From contig OZ024744.1 of assembly GCA_964016885.1 (NCBI GenBank), positions 131,316,001 through 131,380,000 of the forward strand: a DNA stretch of 64,000 nucleotides, read 5' to 3'. This DNA is from Eledone cirrhosa (lineage: Eukaryota). The notes below the pieces were generated by a model that had not been told where the DNA came from, searched no databases, and saw only the letters and a program-made list of their open reading frames with translations. Shown here piece by piece: positions 1-11,684 of this stretch. Made by a program: the position numbers and the translations under genes. Position 1 is the first letter of the stretch. The number at the start of each line of letters is the position of its first letter.

Positions 1-648
1 GGGGTTGAGTTAAGTTGGGGTTAAGTTAAGTTGGGGTTAAGTTAAGTTGGGGTTCAGTTAAGTTGGGGTTAAGTTGGGGTTAAATTAATTTGGGGTTAAG
101 TTAAGTTGGGGTTTAGTTTAGTTGGGGTTAAATTAAGTTGGGGTTAATTTAAGTTGGGGTTAAGTTAAGTTGCGGGTAATTTAAGTTGGGGTTAAGTTAA
201 GTTGGGGTTAAGTTAAGTTGGGGTTAAGTTAAGTTGGGGGTAAGTTAAGTTGGGGGTAAGTTAAGTTGGGGTTAAGTTAAGTTGGGGTTAAGTTAAGTTA
301 GGGTTAAGTTAAGTTGGGGTTGAGTTAAGTTGGGGTTAAGTTAAGTTGGGGTTATGTTAAGTTGGGGTTAAGTTAAGTTGGTTCGTTAAGTTGAGTTTAA
401 GTTAAGTGGGGTTAATTTAAGTTGGGGTTAAGTTAAGTTGGGGTTAAGTTAAGTTGGGGTTAAGTTAAGTTGGGGTTAAGTTAAGTTGGGGTTCAGTTAA
501 GTTGGGGTTAAGTCAAGTTGGGGTTAAGTTGGGGTTAAATTAATTTGGGGTTAAGTTAAGTTGGGGTTAAGTTAAGTTGGGGTTATGTTAAGTTGGGGTT
601 AAGTTAAGTTGGGGTTAAGTTAATTTGTGGTTAAGTTAAGTTGTGGTT

Positions 649-1041
649 AACCCCAACTTCACTCAACCCCACCTTAACTCAACCCCAACTTAACTTAAGC
701 CCAACTTCACTCAACCCCAACTTAACTTAACCCCAACTTCAGTCAACCCCAACTTAACTCAACCCCAACTTAACTTAACCCCAACTTAACTTAACCCTAA
801 CTTAACTTAACCCCAACTTAACTTAACTTCGACTTAACTTAACCCCAACTTAACTTAACCCCAACTTAACTTAACCCCAACTTAACTTAACCACAAATTA
901 ACTTAACCCCAACTTAAATTAACCCCAACTTGAATTAACCCCAACTTAACTTAACCCCAACTTAACTTAACCCCAACTTAAATTAACCCCAACTTGACTT
1001 AACCCCAAATTAACTTAACCCCAACTTAACTTAACCCCAAA
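649..1041 (-). repeat. Inverted satellite cassette, type A (393 bp)
   Basis: C-rich monomers between left junction TGTGGTT|AACCCC (648/649) and right junction CCCCAAA|TTCGGGG (1041/1042). Carries cassette markers CTTCACTCAACCCCACC, AACTTCGAC and CCACAAATT. Confidence 0.97.
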
Positions 1042-3520
1042 TTCGGGGTTAAGTTAAGTTGGGGTTAAATTAAGTTAGGCTTAACTTAAGTTGGGGTTAA
1101 GTTAATTTGGGGTTAAGTTGGGGTTAAGTTAAGTTAGGGTTAAGTTAAGTTGGGGTTGAGTTAAGTTGGGGTTAAGTTAAGTTGGGGTTAAGTTAAGTTG
1201 GAGTCAAGTTAAGTTGGGGTTAAAATTAAGTTGGGGTTAAATCAAGTTGGGGTTAAGTTAAAGTGGGGTTAATTTAGATGGGGTTAAGTTAAGTTGGGGC
1301 TAAGTTAAGTTGGGGCTAAGTTAAGTTGGGACTAAGTTAAGTTGGGGTTAAGTTAAGTTGGGGTTAAGTTAAGTTGGGGTTAATTTAAGTTGGGATTGAG
1401 TTAAGTTGGGGTTAAGTTAAGTTGGGGTTATATTAAGTTGAGGTTAAGTTAAGTTGGGGTTAAGTTAAGTTGGGGTTCAGTTAAGTTGCGGTTAAGTTAA
1501 GTTGGGGTTAAGTTAAGTTGGGGTTAAGTTAAGTTGGGGTTAAGTTAAGTTGGGGTCAAGTTAAGTTGGGGTTAAGTTAAGTTGGTTAGTTAAGTTGAGG
1601 TTAAGTTAAGTTGGGGTTAAGTTAAGTTGGGGTTAAGTTAAGTTGGGGTTAATTTAAGTTAGGGTTAAGTTAAGTTGGGGTTCAGTTAAGTTGGGGTTAA
1701 GTCAAGTTGGGGTTAAGTTGGGGTTAAATTAAGTTGGGGTTAAGTTAAGTTGGGGTCAAGTTAAGTTGGGGTTAAGTTAAGTTGGGGTTCAGTTAAGTTG
1801 GGGTTAATTCAAGTTGGGGTTAAGTTGGGGTTAAATTAAGTTGGGGCTAAGTTAAGTTGGGGCTAAGTTAAGTTGGGGCTAAGTTAAGTTGGGGTTCAGT
1901 TAAGTTGGGGTTAAGTTAAGTTTGGGTTAAGTTGGGGTTAAATTAAGTTGGGGTTAAGTTAAGTTGGGGTTTAGTTAAGTTGGGGTTAATTTAAGTTGGG
2001 GTTAATTTAAGTTGCGGTTAAGTTAAGTTGGGGTTAAGTTAAGTGGTGGTTATGTTAAGTTGGGGTTAAGTTAAGTTGGGGTTAATTTAAATTGGGGTTA
2101 AGTTAACTTTGTGGTTAAGTTAAGTTGGGGTTAAGTTAAGTTGGGGTTAAGTGAAGTTGGGGTTGCGTTAAGTCGGGGTTGAGTGAAGTTGGGGTTAAGT
2201 TAAGTTGGGGTTAATTTAAGTTGGGGTTAAGTTAAGTCGGGCTTAAGTTAAGTTGGGGTTAAGTTAATTTGGGGTTAAGTTAAGTTGGGGTTAAGTTAAG
2301 TTGGGGTTGAGTTAAGTTGGGGTTGAGTTAATTTAGGGTTAAGTTAAGTTGGGGTTAAGTTAAGTTGGGTTTAAGTTAAGTTGGGGTTAAATTAAGTTGG
2401 GGTTAAATTAAGTTGGGGTTAAGTTAAGTTGGGGGTAAGTTAAGTTGGGGTTCAGTTAAGTTGCGGTTAAGTTAAGTTGGGGTTAAGTTAAGTTGGGGTT
2501 AAGTTAAGTTGGGGTCAAGTTAAGTTGGGGTTATGTTAAGTTGGGGTTTAGTTAAGTTGGTGTTCATTTAAGTTGGGGTTAAGTTAAGTTTGGGTTAAGT
2601 TGGGGTTAAATTAAGTTGGGGTTAAGTTAAGTTGGGGTTAAGTTAAGTTGGGGTTAAGTTAAGTTGGGGTTAAGTTAAGTTGGGGTTAATTTAAGTTGGG
2701 GTTAAGTTAAGTTGCGGGTAATTTAAGTTGGGGTTAAGTTAAGTTGGGGTTAAGTTAAGTTGGGGTTAAGTTAAGTTGGGGTTAAGGTAAGTTGGGGTTA
2801 AGTTAAATTGGGGCTAAGTTAAGTTGGGGCTGAGTTAAGTTGGGGTTAAGTTAAGTTGGGGTTAAGTTAAGTTGGGGTTAAGTTAAGTTGGGGTTAAGTT
2901 AAGTTGGGGTTGAGTTAAGTTGGGGTTAAGTTAAGTAGGGGTAAGTTAAGTTGGGGTTCAGTTAAGTTGGGGTTAAGTTAAGTTGGGGTTAAGTTAAGTT
3001 GGGGTTAAGTTAAGTCGGGGTTAAGTTAAGTCGGGGTTAAGTTAAGTTAGGGTTAAGTTAAGTTGGAGTTAAGTTAAGTTGGGGTTGAGTTAAGTTGGGG
3101 TTGAGTTAAATTGGGGTTGAGTTAAGTTGGGGTTGAGTTAAGTTGGTGTTGAGTTAAGTTGGGGTTAAATTGAGTTGGGGTTAAATTAAGTTGGGGTTAA
3201 GTAAATTTGGGGGTAAGTTAAGTTGGGGGCAAGTTAAGTTGGGGCTAATTTAAGTTGGGGTTAAATTAAGTTGGGGTTACGTTAAGTTGGTGTTAAGTTA
3301 AGTTGGGGTTAATTTAAGTTGGGGTTAATTAAGTTAGGGTTAAGTTAAGTTGGGGTTAAGTTAAGTTGGGGTTAATTTAAGTTGGGGTTGAGTTAAGTTA
3401 GGGTTAAGTTAAGTTGGGGTTATATTAAGTTGGGGTTAAGTTAAGTTGGGGTTGAGTTAAGTTAGGGTTAAGTTAAGTTGGGGTTATATTAAGTTGGGGT
3501 TAAGTTATGTTGGAGTTAAG

Positions 3521-3540
3521 TTAAGTTAGGCCTAACTTAA
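3521..3540. other. Perfect 20-bp palindrome TTAAGTTAGGCCTAACTTAA (orphan copy, no adjacent cassette)
   Basis: The sequence equals its own reverse complement and is centred on AGGCCT. Other copies lie at 27890-27909 and 31280-31299. Confidence 0.93.
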
Positions 3541-5579
3541 GTTGGAGTTAAGTTAAGTTGGGGGTAAGTTAAGTTGGGGGTAAGTTAAGTTGGGGTTAAG
3601 TTAAGTTGGGGTTAAGTTGGGGTTAAGTTAAGTTAGGGTTAAGTTAAGTTGGGGTTGAGTTAAGTTAGGGTTAAGTTAAGTGGTGGTTATGTTAAGTTGG
3701 GGTGAAGTTAACTGGGGTTAATTTAAATTGGTGTTAAGTTAACTTTGTGGTTAAGTTAAGTTGGGGTTAAGTTAAGTTGGGGTTAAGTTAAGTTGGGGTT
3801 GAGTTAAGTTGGGGTTGAGTGAAGTTGGGGTTAAGTTAAGTTGGGGTTAATTTAAGTTGGGGTTAAGTTAAATCGGAGTTAAGTTAAGTTGGGGTTGAGT
3901 TAAGTTGGCGTTAATTTAAGTTGGGGCTAAGTTAAGTTGGGGTTAAGTTAAGTTGAGGTTAAGTTAAGTTGGGGTTGAGTTAAGTTGGGGTTGAGTTAAT
4001 TTGGGGTTAAGTTAAGTTGGGGTTAAGTTAAGTTGGGTTTAAGTTAAGTTGGGGTTAAATTAAGTTGGGGTTAAATTAAGTTGGGGTTAAGTTAAGTTGG
4101 GGGTAAGATAAGTTGGGAGCAAGTTAAGTTGGGGTTAAGTTAAGTTGGGGTTAAATTAAGTTGGGGTTAAGTTAAGTTGGGGTTATATTAAGTTGGGGTT
4201 AAGTTAAGTTGGGGTTAAGTTAAGTTGGGGTTCAGTTAAGTTGCGGTTAAGTTAAGTTGGGGTTAAGTTAAGTTGGGGTTAAGTTAAGTTGGGGTCAAGT
4301 TAAGTTGGGGTTAAGTTAAGTTTGGGTTAAGTTAAGTTGGGGCTAATTTAAGTTGGGGCTGAGTTAAGTTGGGGTTAAGTTAAGTTGGGGTTAAGTTAAT
4401 TTGGGGTTAAGTTGGGGTTAAGTTAATTTGGGGTTTATTTAAATTGGGGTTAAGTTAAGTTGGGGTTCAGTTAAGTTGGGGTTCAGTTAAGTTGGGGTTA
4501 AGTTAAGTTGGGGTTAAGTTAAGTTGGTTAGTTAAGTTGAGGTTAAGTTAAGTTGGGGTTAAGTTAAGTTGGGGTTAAGTTAAGTTGGGGTTAATTTAAG
4601 TTAGGGTTAAGTTAAGTTGGGGTTCAGTTAAGTTGGGGTTAAGTCAAGTTGGGGTTAAGTTGGGGTTAAATTAAGTTGGGGTTAAGTTAAGTTGGGGTCA
4701 AGTTAAGTTGGGGTTAAGTTAAGTTGGGGTTAAGTTAAGTTGGGGTTAAGTTAAGTTGGGGTTCAGTTAAGTTGGGGTTAATTCAAGTTGGGGTTAAGTT
4801 GGGGTTAAATTAAGTTGGGGCTAAGTTAAGTTGGGGCTAAGTTAAGTTGGGGCTAAGTTAAGTTGGGGTTCAGTTAAGTTGGGGTTAAGTTAAGTTTGGG
4901 TTAAGTTGGGGTTAAATTAAGTTGGGGTTAAGTTAAGTTGGGGTTTAGTTAAGTTGGGGTTAATTTAAGTTGGGGTTAATTTAAGTTGCGGTTAAGTTAA
5001 GTTGGGGTTAAGTTAAGTGGTGGTTATGTTAAGTTGGGGTTAAGTTAAGTTGGGGTTAATTTAAATTGGGGTTAAGTTAACTTTGTGGTTAAGTTAAGTT
5101 GGGGTTAAGTTAAGTTGGGGTTAAGTTAAGTTGGGGTTGCGTTAAGTCGGGGTTGAGTGAAGTTGGGGTTAAGTTAAGTTGGGGTTAATTTAAGTTGGGG
5201 TTAAGTTAAGTCGGGCTTAAGTTAAGTTGGGGTTAAGTTAATTTGGGGTTAAGTTAAGTTGGGGTTAAGTTAAGTTGGGGTTGAGTTAAGTTGGGGTTGA
5301 GTTAATTTAGGGTTAAGTTAAGTTGGGGTTAAGTTAAGTTGGGTTTAAGTTAAGTTGGGGTTAAATTAAGTTGGGGTTAAATTAAGTTGGGGTTAAGTTA
5401 AGTTGGGGGTAAGTTAAGTTGGGGGCAAGTTAAGTTGGGGTTAAGTTAAGTTGGGGTTAAATTAAGTTGGGGTTAAGTTTAGTTGGTGTTAAGTTAAGTT
5501 GGGGTTTATTTAAGTTGGGGTTAATTAAGTTGGGGCTGAGTTAAGTTGGGGCTGAATTAAGTTGGGGTTAAGTTAAGTT

Positions 5580-7120
5580 GGGGTTGAGTTAAGTTGGGGT
5601 TAAGTTAAGTTGGGGTTAAGTTAAGTTGGGGTTCAGTTAAGTTGGGGTTAAGTTGGGGTTAAATTAATTTGGGGTTAAGTTAAGTTGGGGTTTAGTTTAG
5701 TTGGGGTTAAATTAAGTTGGGGTTAATTTAAGTTGGGGTTAAGTTAAGTTGCGGGTAATTTAAGTTGGGGTTAAGTTAAGTTGGGGTTAAGTTAAGTTGG
5801 GGTTAAGTTAAGTTGGGGGTAAGTTAAGTTGGGGGTAAGTTAAGTTGGGGTTAAGTTAAGTTGGGGTTAAGTTAAGTTAGGGTTAAGTTAAGTTGGGGTT
5901 GAGTTAAGTTGGGGTTAAGTTAAGTTGGGGTTATGTTAAGTTGGGGTTAAGTTAAGTTGGTTCGTTAAGTTGAGTTTAAGTTAAGTGGGGTTAATTTAAG
6001 TTGGGGTTAAGTTAAGTTGGGGTTAAGTTAAGTTGGGGTTAAGTTAAGTTGGGGTTAAGTTAAGTTGGGGTTCAGTTAAGTTGGGGTTAAGTCAAGTTGG
6101 GGTTAAGTTGGGGTTAAATTAATTTGGGGTTAAGTTAAGTTGGGGTTAAGTTAAGTTGGGGTTATGTTAAGTTGGGGTTAAGTTAAGTTGGGGTTAAGTT
6201 AATTTGTGGTTAAGTTAAGTTGTGGTTAACCCCAACTTCACTCAACCCCACCTTAACTCAACCCCAACTTAACTTAAGCCCAACTTCACTCAACCCCAAC
6301 TTAACTTAACCCCAACTTCACTCAACCCCAACTTAACTCAACCCCAACTTAACTTAACCCCAACTTAACTTAACCCTAACTTAACTTAACCCCAACTTAA
6401 CTTAACTTCGACTTAACTTAACCCCAACTTAACTTAACCCCAACTTAACTTAACCCCAACTTAAATTAACCCCAACTTGAATTAACCCCAACTTAACTTA
6501 ACCCCAACTTAACTTAACCCCAACTTAAATTAACCCCAACTTGACTTAACCCCAAATTAACTTAACCCCAACTTAACTTAACCCCAAATTCGGGGTTAAG
6601 TTAAGTTGGGGTTAAATTAAGTTAGGCTTAACTTAAGTTGGGGTTAAGTTAATTTGGGGTTAAGTTGGGGTTAAGTTAAGTTAGGGTTAAGTTAAGTTGG
6701 GGTTGAGTTAAGTTGGGGTTAAGTTAAGTTGGGGTTAAGTTAAGTTGGGGTCAAGTTAAGTTGGGGTTAAAATTAAGTTGGGGTTAAATCAAGTTGGGGT
6801 TAAGTTAAAGTGGGGTTAATTTAGTTGGGGTTAAGTTAAGTTGGGGCTAAGTTAAGTTGGGGCTAAGTTAAGTTGGGACTAAGTTAAGTTGGGGTTAAGT
6901 TAAGTTGGGGTTAAGTTAAGTTGGGGTTAATTTAAGTTGGGATTGAGTTAAGTTGGGGTTAAGTTAAGTTGGGGTTATATTAAGTTGAGGTTAAGTTAAG
7001 TTGGGGTTAAGTTAAGTTGGGGTTCAGTTAAGTTGCGGTTAAGTTAAGTTGGGGTTAAGTTAAGTTGGGGTTAAGTTAAGTTGGGGTTAAGTTAAGTTGG
7101 GGTCAAGTTAAGTTGGGGTT
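5580..7120 (+). repeat. Segmental duplicate of ~1-1570 (offset 5579 at the start)
   Basis: Shared rare variants: 15-bp monomer AAGTGGGG (~405 / ~5984), AACTTAAGCCCAAC inside the cassette (~692 / ~6271) and AAAGTGGGG (~1260 / ~6807). Cassette starts are 649 and 6228. Confidence 0.85.
6228..6588 (-). repeat. Inverted satellite cassette, type A (361 bp)
   Basis: Same two junctions as 649-1041. It is 32 bp (two monomers) shorter and lacks the CCACAAATT monomer. Confidence 0.97.
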
Positions 7121-7654
7121 AAGTTAAGTTGGGGTTAAATTAAGTTGGGGTTAATTTAAGTTGGGGTTAAATCAAGTTGGGGTTAAGTTAAAGTGGGGTT
7201 AATTTAGTTGGGGTTAAGTTAAGTTGGGGCTAAGTTAAGTTGGGGCTAAGTTAAGTTGGGACTAAGTTAAGTTGGGGTTAAGTTAAGTTGGGGATAAGTT
7301 AAGTTGGGGTTAAGTTAAGTTGGGTTTAAGTTAAGTTGGGGTTAAGTTAAGTTGCGGTTAAGTTAAGTTGGTTAGTTAAGTTGAGTTTAAGTTAAGTTGG
7401 GGTTAATTTAAGTTGGGGTTAAGTTACGTTGGGGTTAAGTTAAGTTGGGGCTAAGTTAAGTTGGGGTTCAGTTAAGTTGGGGTTAAATCAATTTGGGGTT
7501 AAGTTGGGGTTAAATTAATTTGGGGTTAAGTTAAGTTGGGTTAAGTTAAGTTGGGGTTAAGTTAAGTTGGGGTTAAGTTAAGTTGGGGTTAAGTTAAGTT
7601 GGAGTTAAGTTAAGTTTGGGTTGAGTTAAGTTGGGGTTGAGTTAAATTGGGGTT

Positions 7655-9003
7655 AACTCCAACTTAAGTTAACCCCAACTTAACTTAACCCCAACTTCAC
7701 TCAACCCCAACTTAACTTAACCCCAACTTCACTCAACCCCAACTTAACTCAACCCCAACCTAACTTAACCCCAACTTCACTCAACCCCAACTTATCTTAA
7801 CCCCAACTTAATTTAACCCCATCTTAACCCCAACTTAACTTAACCCCAACTTAACTGAACCCCAACTTAACTTAACCCCAACTTAACTCAACCCCAACAT
7901 AACTTAAACCCAACTTAACTTAAACCCAACTTAACTTAACCCCAACTTAACTTAACCCCAACTTAACTCAACCCCAACTTAACTTAACCCCAACTTAACT
8001 CAGCCCCAACTTAACTCAGCCCCAACTTAACTAAGCCCCAACTTAACTTAACACCAACTTAACATAACCCCAACTTAACTTAACCCCAACTTAACTTAAC
8101 CCCAACTTAACTTAACCCCAATTTAAGTTGACCCCAACTTAAATTAACCCCACCTTAACTTAACCCCAACTTAACTTAACCCCAACTTAACTTAGCCCCA
8201 ACTTAACTTAGCCCCAACTTAACTTAGCCCCAACTTAACTTAACCCCAACTAAATTAACCCCAACTTAACTTAACCCCAACTTGATTTAACCCCAACTTA
8301 ATTTTAACCCCAAATTAACTTGACCCCAACTTAACTTAACCCCAACTTAACTTAACCCCAACTTAACTTAACCCCAACTTAATTTAACCCCAACTTAATT
8401 TAACCCCAACTTAACTTAAACCCAACTTAACTTTATCCCAACTTAACTTAACCCTAACTTAACTCAACCCCAACTTAACTCAACCCCAACTTAACTTAAC
8501 GCCAACTTAACTTAACCCCAACGTAACTTAACCCCAACTTCACTCAACCCCAACTTAACTCAACCCCAACTTAACTTAACCCCAACTTAACTTAACCCCA
8601 ACTTAACTTAACCACAAAGTTAACTTAACCCCAATTTAAATTAACCCCAACTTAACTTAACCCTAACTTAACTTAACCCCAACTTAACTTAGCCCCAACT
8701 TAACTTAGCCCCAACTTATCTTAGCCCCAACTTAACTTAACCCCAACTAAATTAACCCCAACTTAACTTAACCCCAACTTGACTTAACCCCAACTTAATT
8801 TTAACCCCAACTTAACTTGACCCCAACTTAACTTAACCCCAACTTAACTTAACCCCAACTTAACTCAACCCCAACTTAACTTAACCCCAACTTAACTTAA
8901 CCCCAAATTAACTTACCCAGAACTTAACTTACCCCCAACTTAACTTAACCCCAACTTAAGTTAAGACTAACTTAACTTAACCCCAACTTAACTTAACCCC
9001 GAA
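7655..9003 (-). repeat. Long C-rich block (1349 bp): type-B cassette start fused to the first arm of a large secondary inversion
   Basis: Begins with the type-B junction GGGGTT|AACTCCAACTTAAGTTAACCCC. Ends in CCCCGAA|TTTGGGG, the reverse complement of the usual right junction. Confidence 0.93.
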
Positions 9004-9348
9004 TTTGGGGTTAAGTTAAGTTGGGGTTAAGTTAAGTTGGGGTTAAGTCAAGTTGGGGTTAAGTTAAGTTGGGGTTAATTTAAGTTGGGGTTAATTTAAG
9101 TTGGGGTTAAGTTAATTTGTGGTTAAGTTAAGTTGGGGTTAAGTTAAGTTGGGGTTAAGTTAAGTCGAAGTTAAGTGAAGTCGGGGGTAAGTTAAGTTAG
9201 CGTTAAGTTAAGTTGGGGTTAAGTTAAGTTGGGGTTGAGTTAAGTTGGGGTTGAGTGAAGTTGGGGTTAAGTTAAGTTGGGGTTGAGTGAAGTTGGGGTT
9301 AAGTTAAGTTGGGGTTGAGTTAAGGTGGGGTTGAGTGAAGTTGGGGTT
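9004..9348 (+). repeat. Doubly inverted cassette (345 bp, G-rich): reverse complement of the cassette subtype at 34797 and 40366
   Basis: Contains GTCGAAGTTAAGTGAAGTCGG and TTAGCGTT, the reverse complements of CCGACTTCACTTAACTTCGAC and AACGCTAA in the 34797-35221 cassette. Confidence 0.92.
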
Positions 9349-10144
9349 AACCCCAACTTAACTTAACCACGAATTAACTTAACCCCAACTTAACTTAACC
9401 CCAACTTAACTTAACCCCAACTTAACTTAACCCCAAATTAATTTAACCCCAACTTAACCCCAACTTGACTTAACCCCAACTTAACTGAACCCCAAATTAA
9501 CTTAACCCCAACTTAACTTAACCCCAACTTAACTTAACCCCAACTTAACTTAACCCCAACTTAAAGTAACCCCAACTTAACTTAAACTCAACTTAACTAA
9601 CCAACTTAACTTAACCCCCATTTAAGTTGACCCCAACTTAAATTAACCCCACCTTAACTTAACCCCAACTTAACTTAACCCCAACTTAACTTAGCCCCAA
9701 CTTAACTTAGCCCCAACTTAACTTAGCCCCAACTTAACTTAACCCCAACTAAATTAACCCCAACTTAACTTAACCCCAACTTGACTTAACCCCAACTTAA
9801 TTTTAACCCCAACTTAACTTGACCCCAACTTAACTTAACCCCAACTTAACTTAACCCCAACTTAACTTACCCCCAACTTAACTTAACCCCAACTTAATTT
9901 AACCCCAACTTAACTTAAACACAACTTAACTTAACCCCAACTTAACTTAACCCTAAATTAACTCAACCCCAACTTAACTCAACCCCAACTTAAATAAACG
10001 CCAACTTAACTTAACCCCAACTTAACCCCAACTTAACTTAACCCCAACTTAACTTACCCAGAACTTAACTTACCCCCAACTTAACTTAACCCCAACTTAA
10101 GTTAAGCCTAACTTAACTTAACCCCAACTTAACTTAACCCCGAA
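9349..10144 (-). repeat. C-rich block (796 bp): second arm of the large secondary inversion
   Basis: Starts at GGGGTT|AACCCC followed by CCACGAATT (reverse complement of AATTCGTGG at ~34770). Ends in CCCCGAA|TTTGGGG. Confidence 0.93.
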
Positions 10145-11243
10145 TTTGGGGTTAAGTTAAGTTGGGGTTAATTTAAGTTGGGGTTAAGTTAAGTCGGGGT
10201 TAAGTTAAGTTGGGGGTAAGTTAAGTTGGGTGTGAGTTAAGTTGGGGTTAAGTTAATTTGTGGTTAAGTTAAGTTGGGGTTAAGTTAAGTTGGGGTTAAG
10301 TTAAGTTGGGGTTGAGTTAAGTTGGGGTTGAGTTAATTTAGGGTTAAGTTAAGTTGGGGTTAAGTTAAGTTGGGTTTAAGTTAAGTTGGGGTTAAATTAA
10401 GTTGGGGTTAAATTAAGTTGGGGTTAAGTTAAGTTGGGGGTAAGTTAAGTTGGGGGCAAGTTAAGTTGGGGTTAAGTTAAGTTGGGGTTAAATTAAGTTG
10501 GGGTTAAGTTTAGTTGGTGTTAAGTTAAGTTGGGGTTTATTTAAGTTGGGGTTAATTAAGTTGGGGCTGAGTTAAGTTGGGGCTGAATTAAGTTGGGGTT
10601 AAGTTAAGTTGGGGTTTAGTTAAGTTGGGGTTCAGTTAAGTTGGGGTTAAGTTGGGGTTAAATTAATTTGGGGTTAAGTTAAGTTGGGGTTTAGTTTAGT
10701 TGGGGTTAAATTAAGTTGGGGTTAATTTAAGTTGGGGTTAAGTTAAGTTGCGGGTAATTTACGTTGGGGTTAAGTTAAGTTGGGGTTAAGTTAAGTTGGG
10801 GTTAAGTTAAGTTGGGGGTAAGTTAAGTTGGGGGTAAGTTAAGTTGGGGGTAAGTTAAGTTGGGGTTAAGTTAAGTTGGGGTTAAGTTAAGTTAGGGTTA
10901 AGTTAAGTTGGGGTTGAGTTAAGTTGGGGTTAAGTTAAGTTGGGGTTATGTTAAGTTGGGGTTAAGTTAAGTTGGTTCGTTAAGTTGAGTTTAAGTTAAG
11001 TTGGGGTTAATTTCAGTTGGGGTTAAGTTAAGTTGGGGTTAAGTTAAGTTGGGGTTAAGTTAAGTTGGGGTTAAGTTAAGTTGGGGTTCAGTTAAGTTGG
11101 GGTTAAGTCAAGTTGGGGTTAAGTTGGGGTTAAATTAATTTGGGGTTAAGTTAAATTGGGGTTAAGTTAAGTTGTGGTTATGTTAAGTTGGGGTTAAGTT
11201 AAGTTGGGGTTAAGTTAATTTGTGGTTAAGTTAAGTTGTGGTT

Positions 11244-11684
11244 AACCCCAACTTCACTCAACCCCACCTTAACTCAACCCCAACTTAACTTAACCCCAAC
11301 TTCACTCAACCCCAACTTAACTTAACCCCAACTTCACTCAACCCCAACTTAACTCAACCCCAACTTAACTTAACCCCAACTTAACTTAACCCTAACTTAA
11401 CTTAACCCCAACTTAACTTAACTTCGACTTAACTTAACCCCAACTTAACTTAACCCCAACTTAACTTAACCCCAACTTAACTTAACCACAAATTAACTTA
11501 ACCCCAACTTAAATTAACCCCAACTTAAATTAACCCCAACTTAACTTAACCCCAACTTAACTTAACCCCAACTTAACTTAACCCCAACTTAACTCACACC
11601 CAACTTAACTTACCCCCAACTTAACTTAACCCCAACTTGACTTAACCCCAAATTAACTTAACCCCAACTTAACTTAACCCCAAA
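11244..11684 (-). repeat. Inverted satellite cassette, type A (441 bp)
   Basis: Junctions TGTGGTT|AACCCC and CCCCAAA|TTCGGGG. Markers AACTTCGAC, CCACAAATT and CTCACACCC. Confidence 0.97.
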
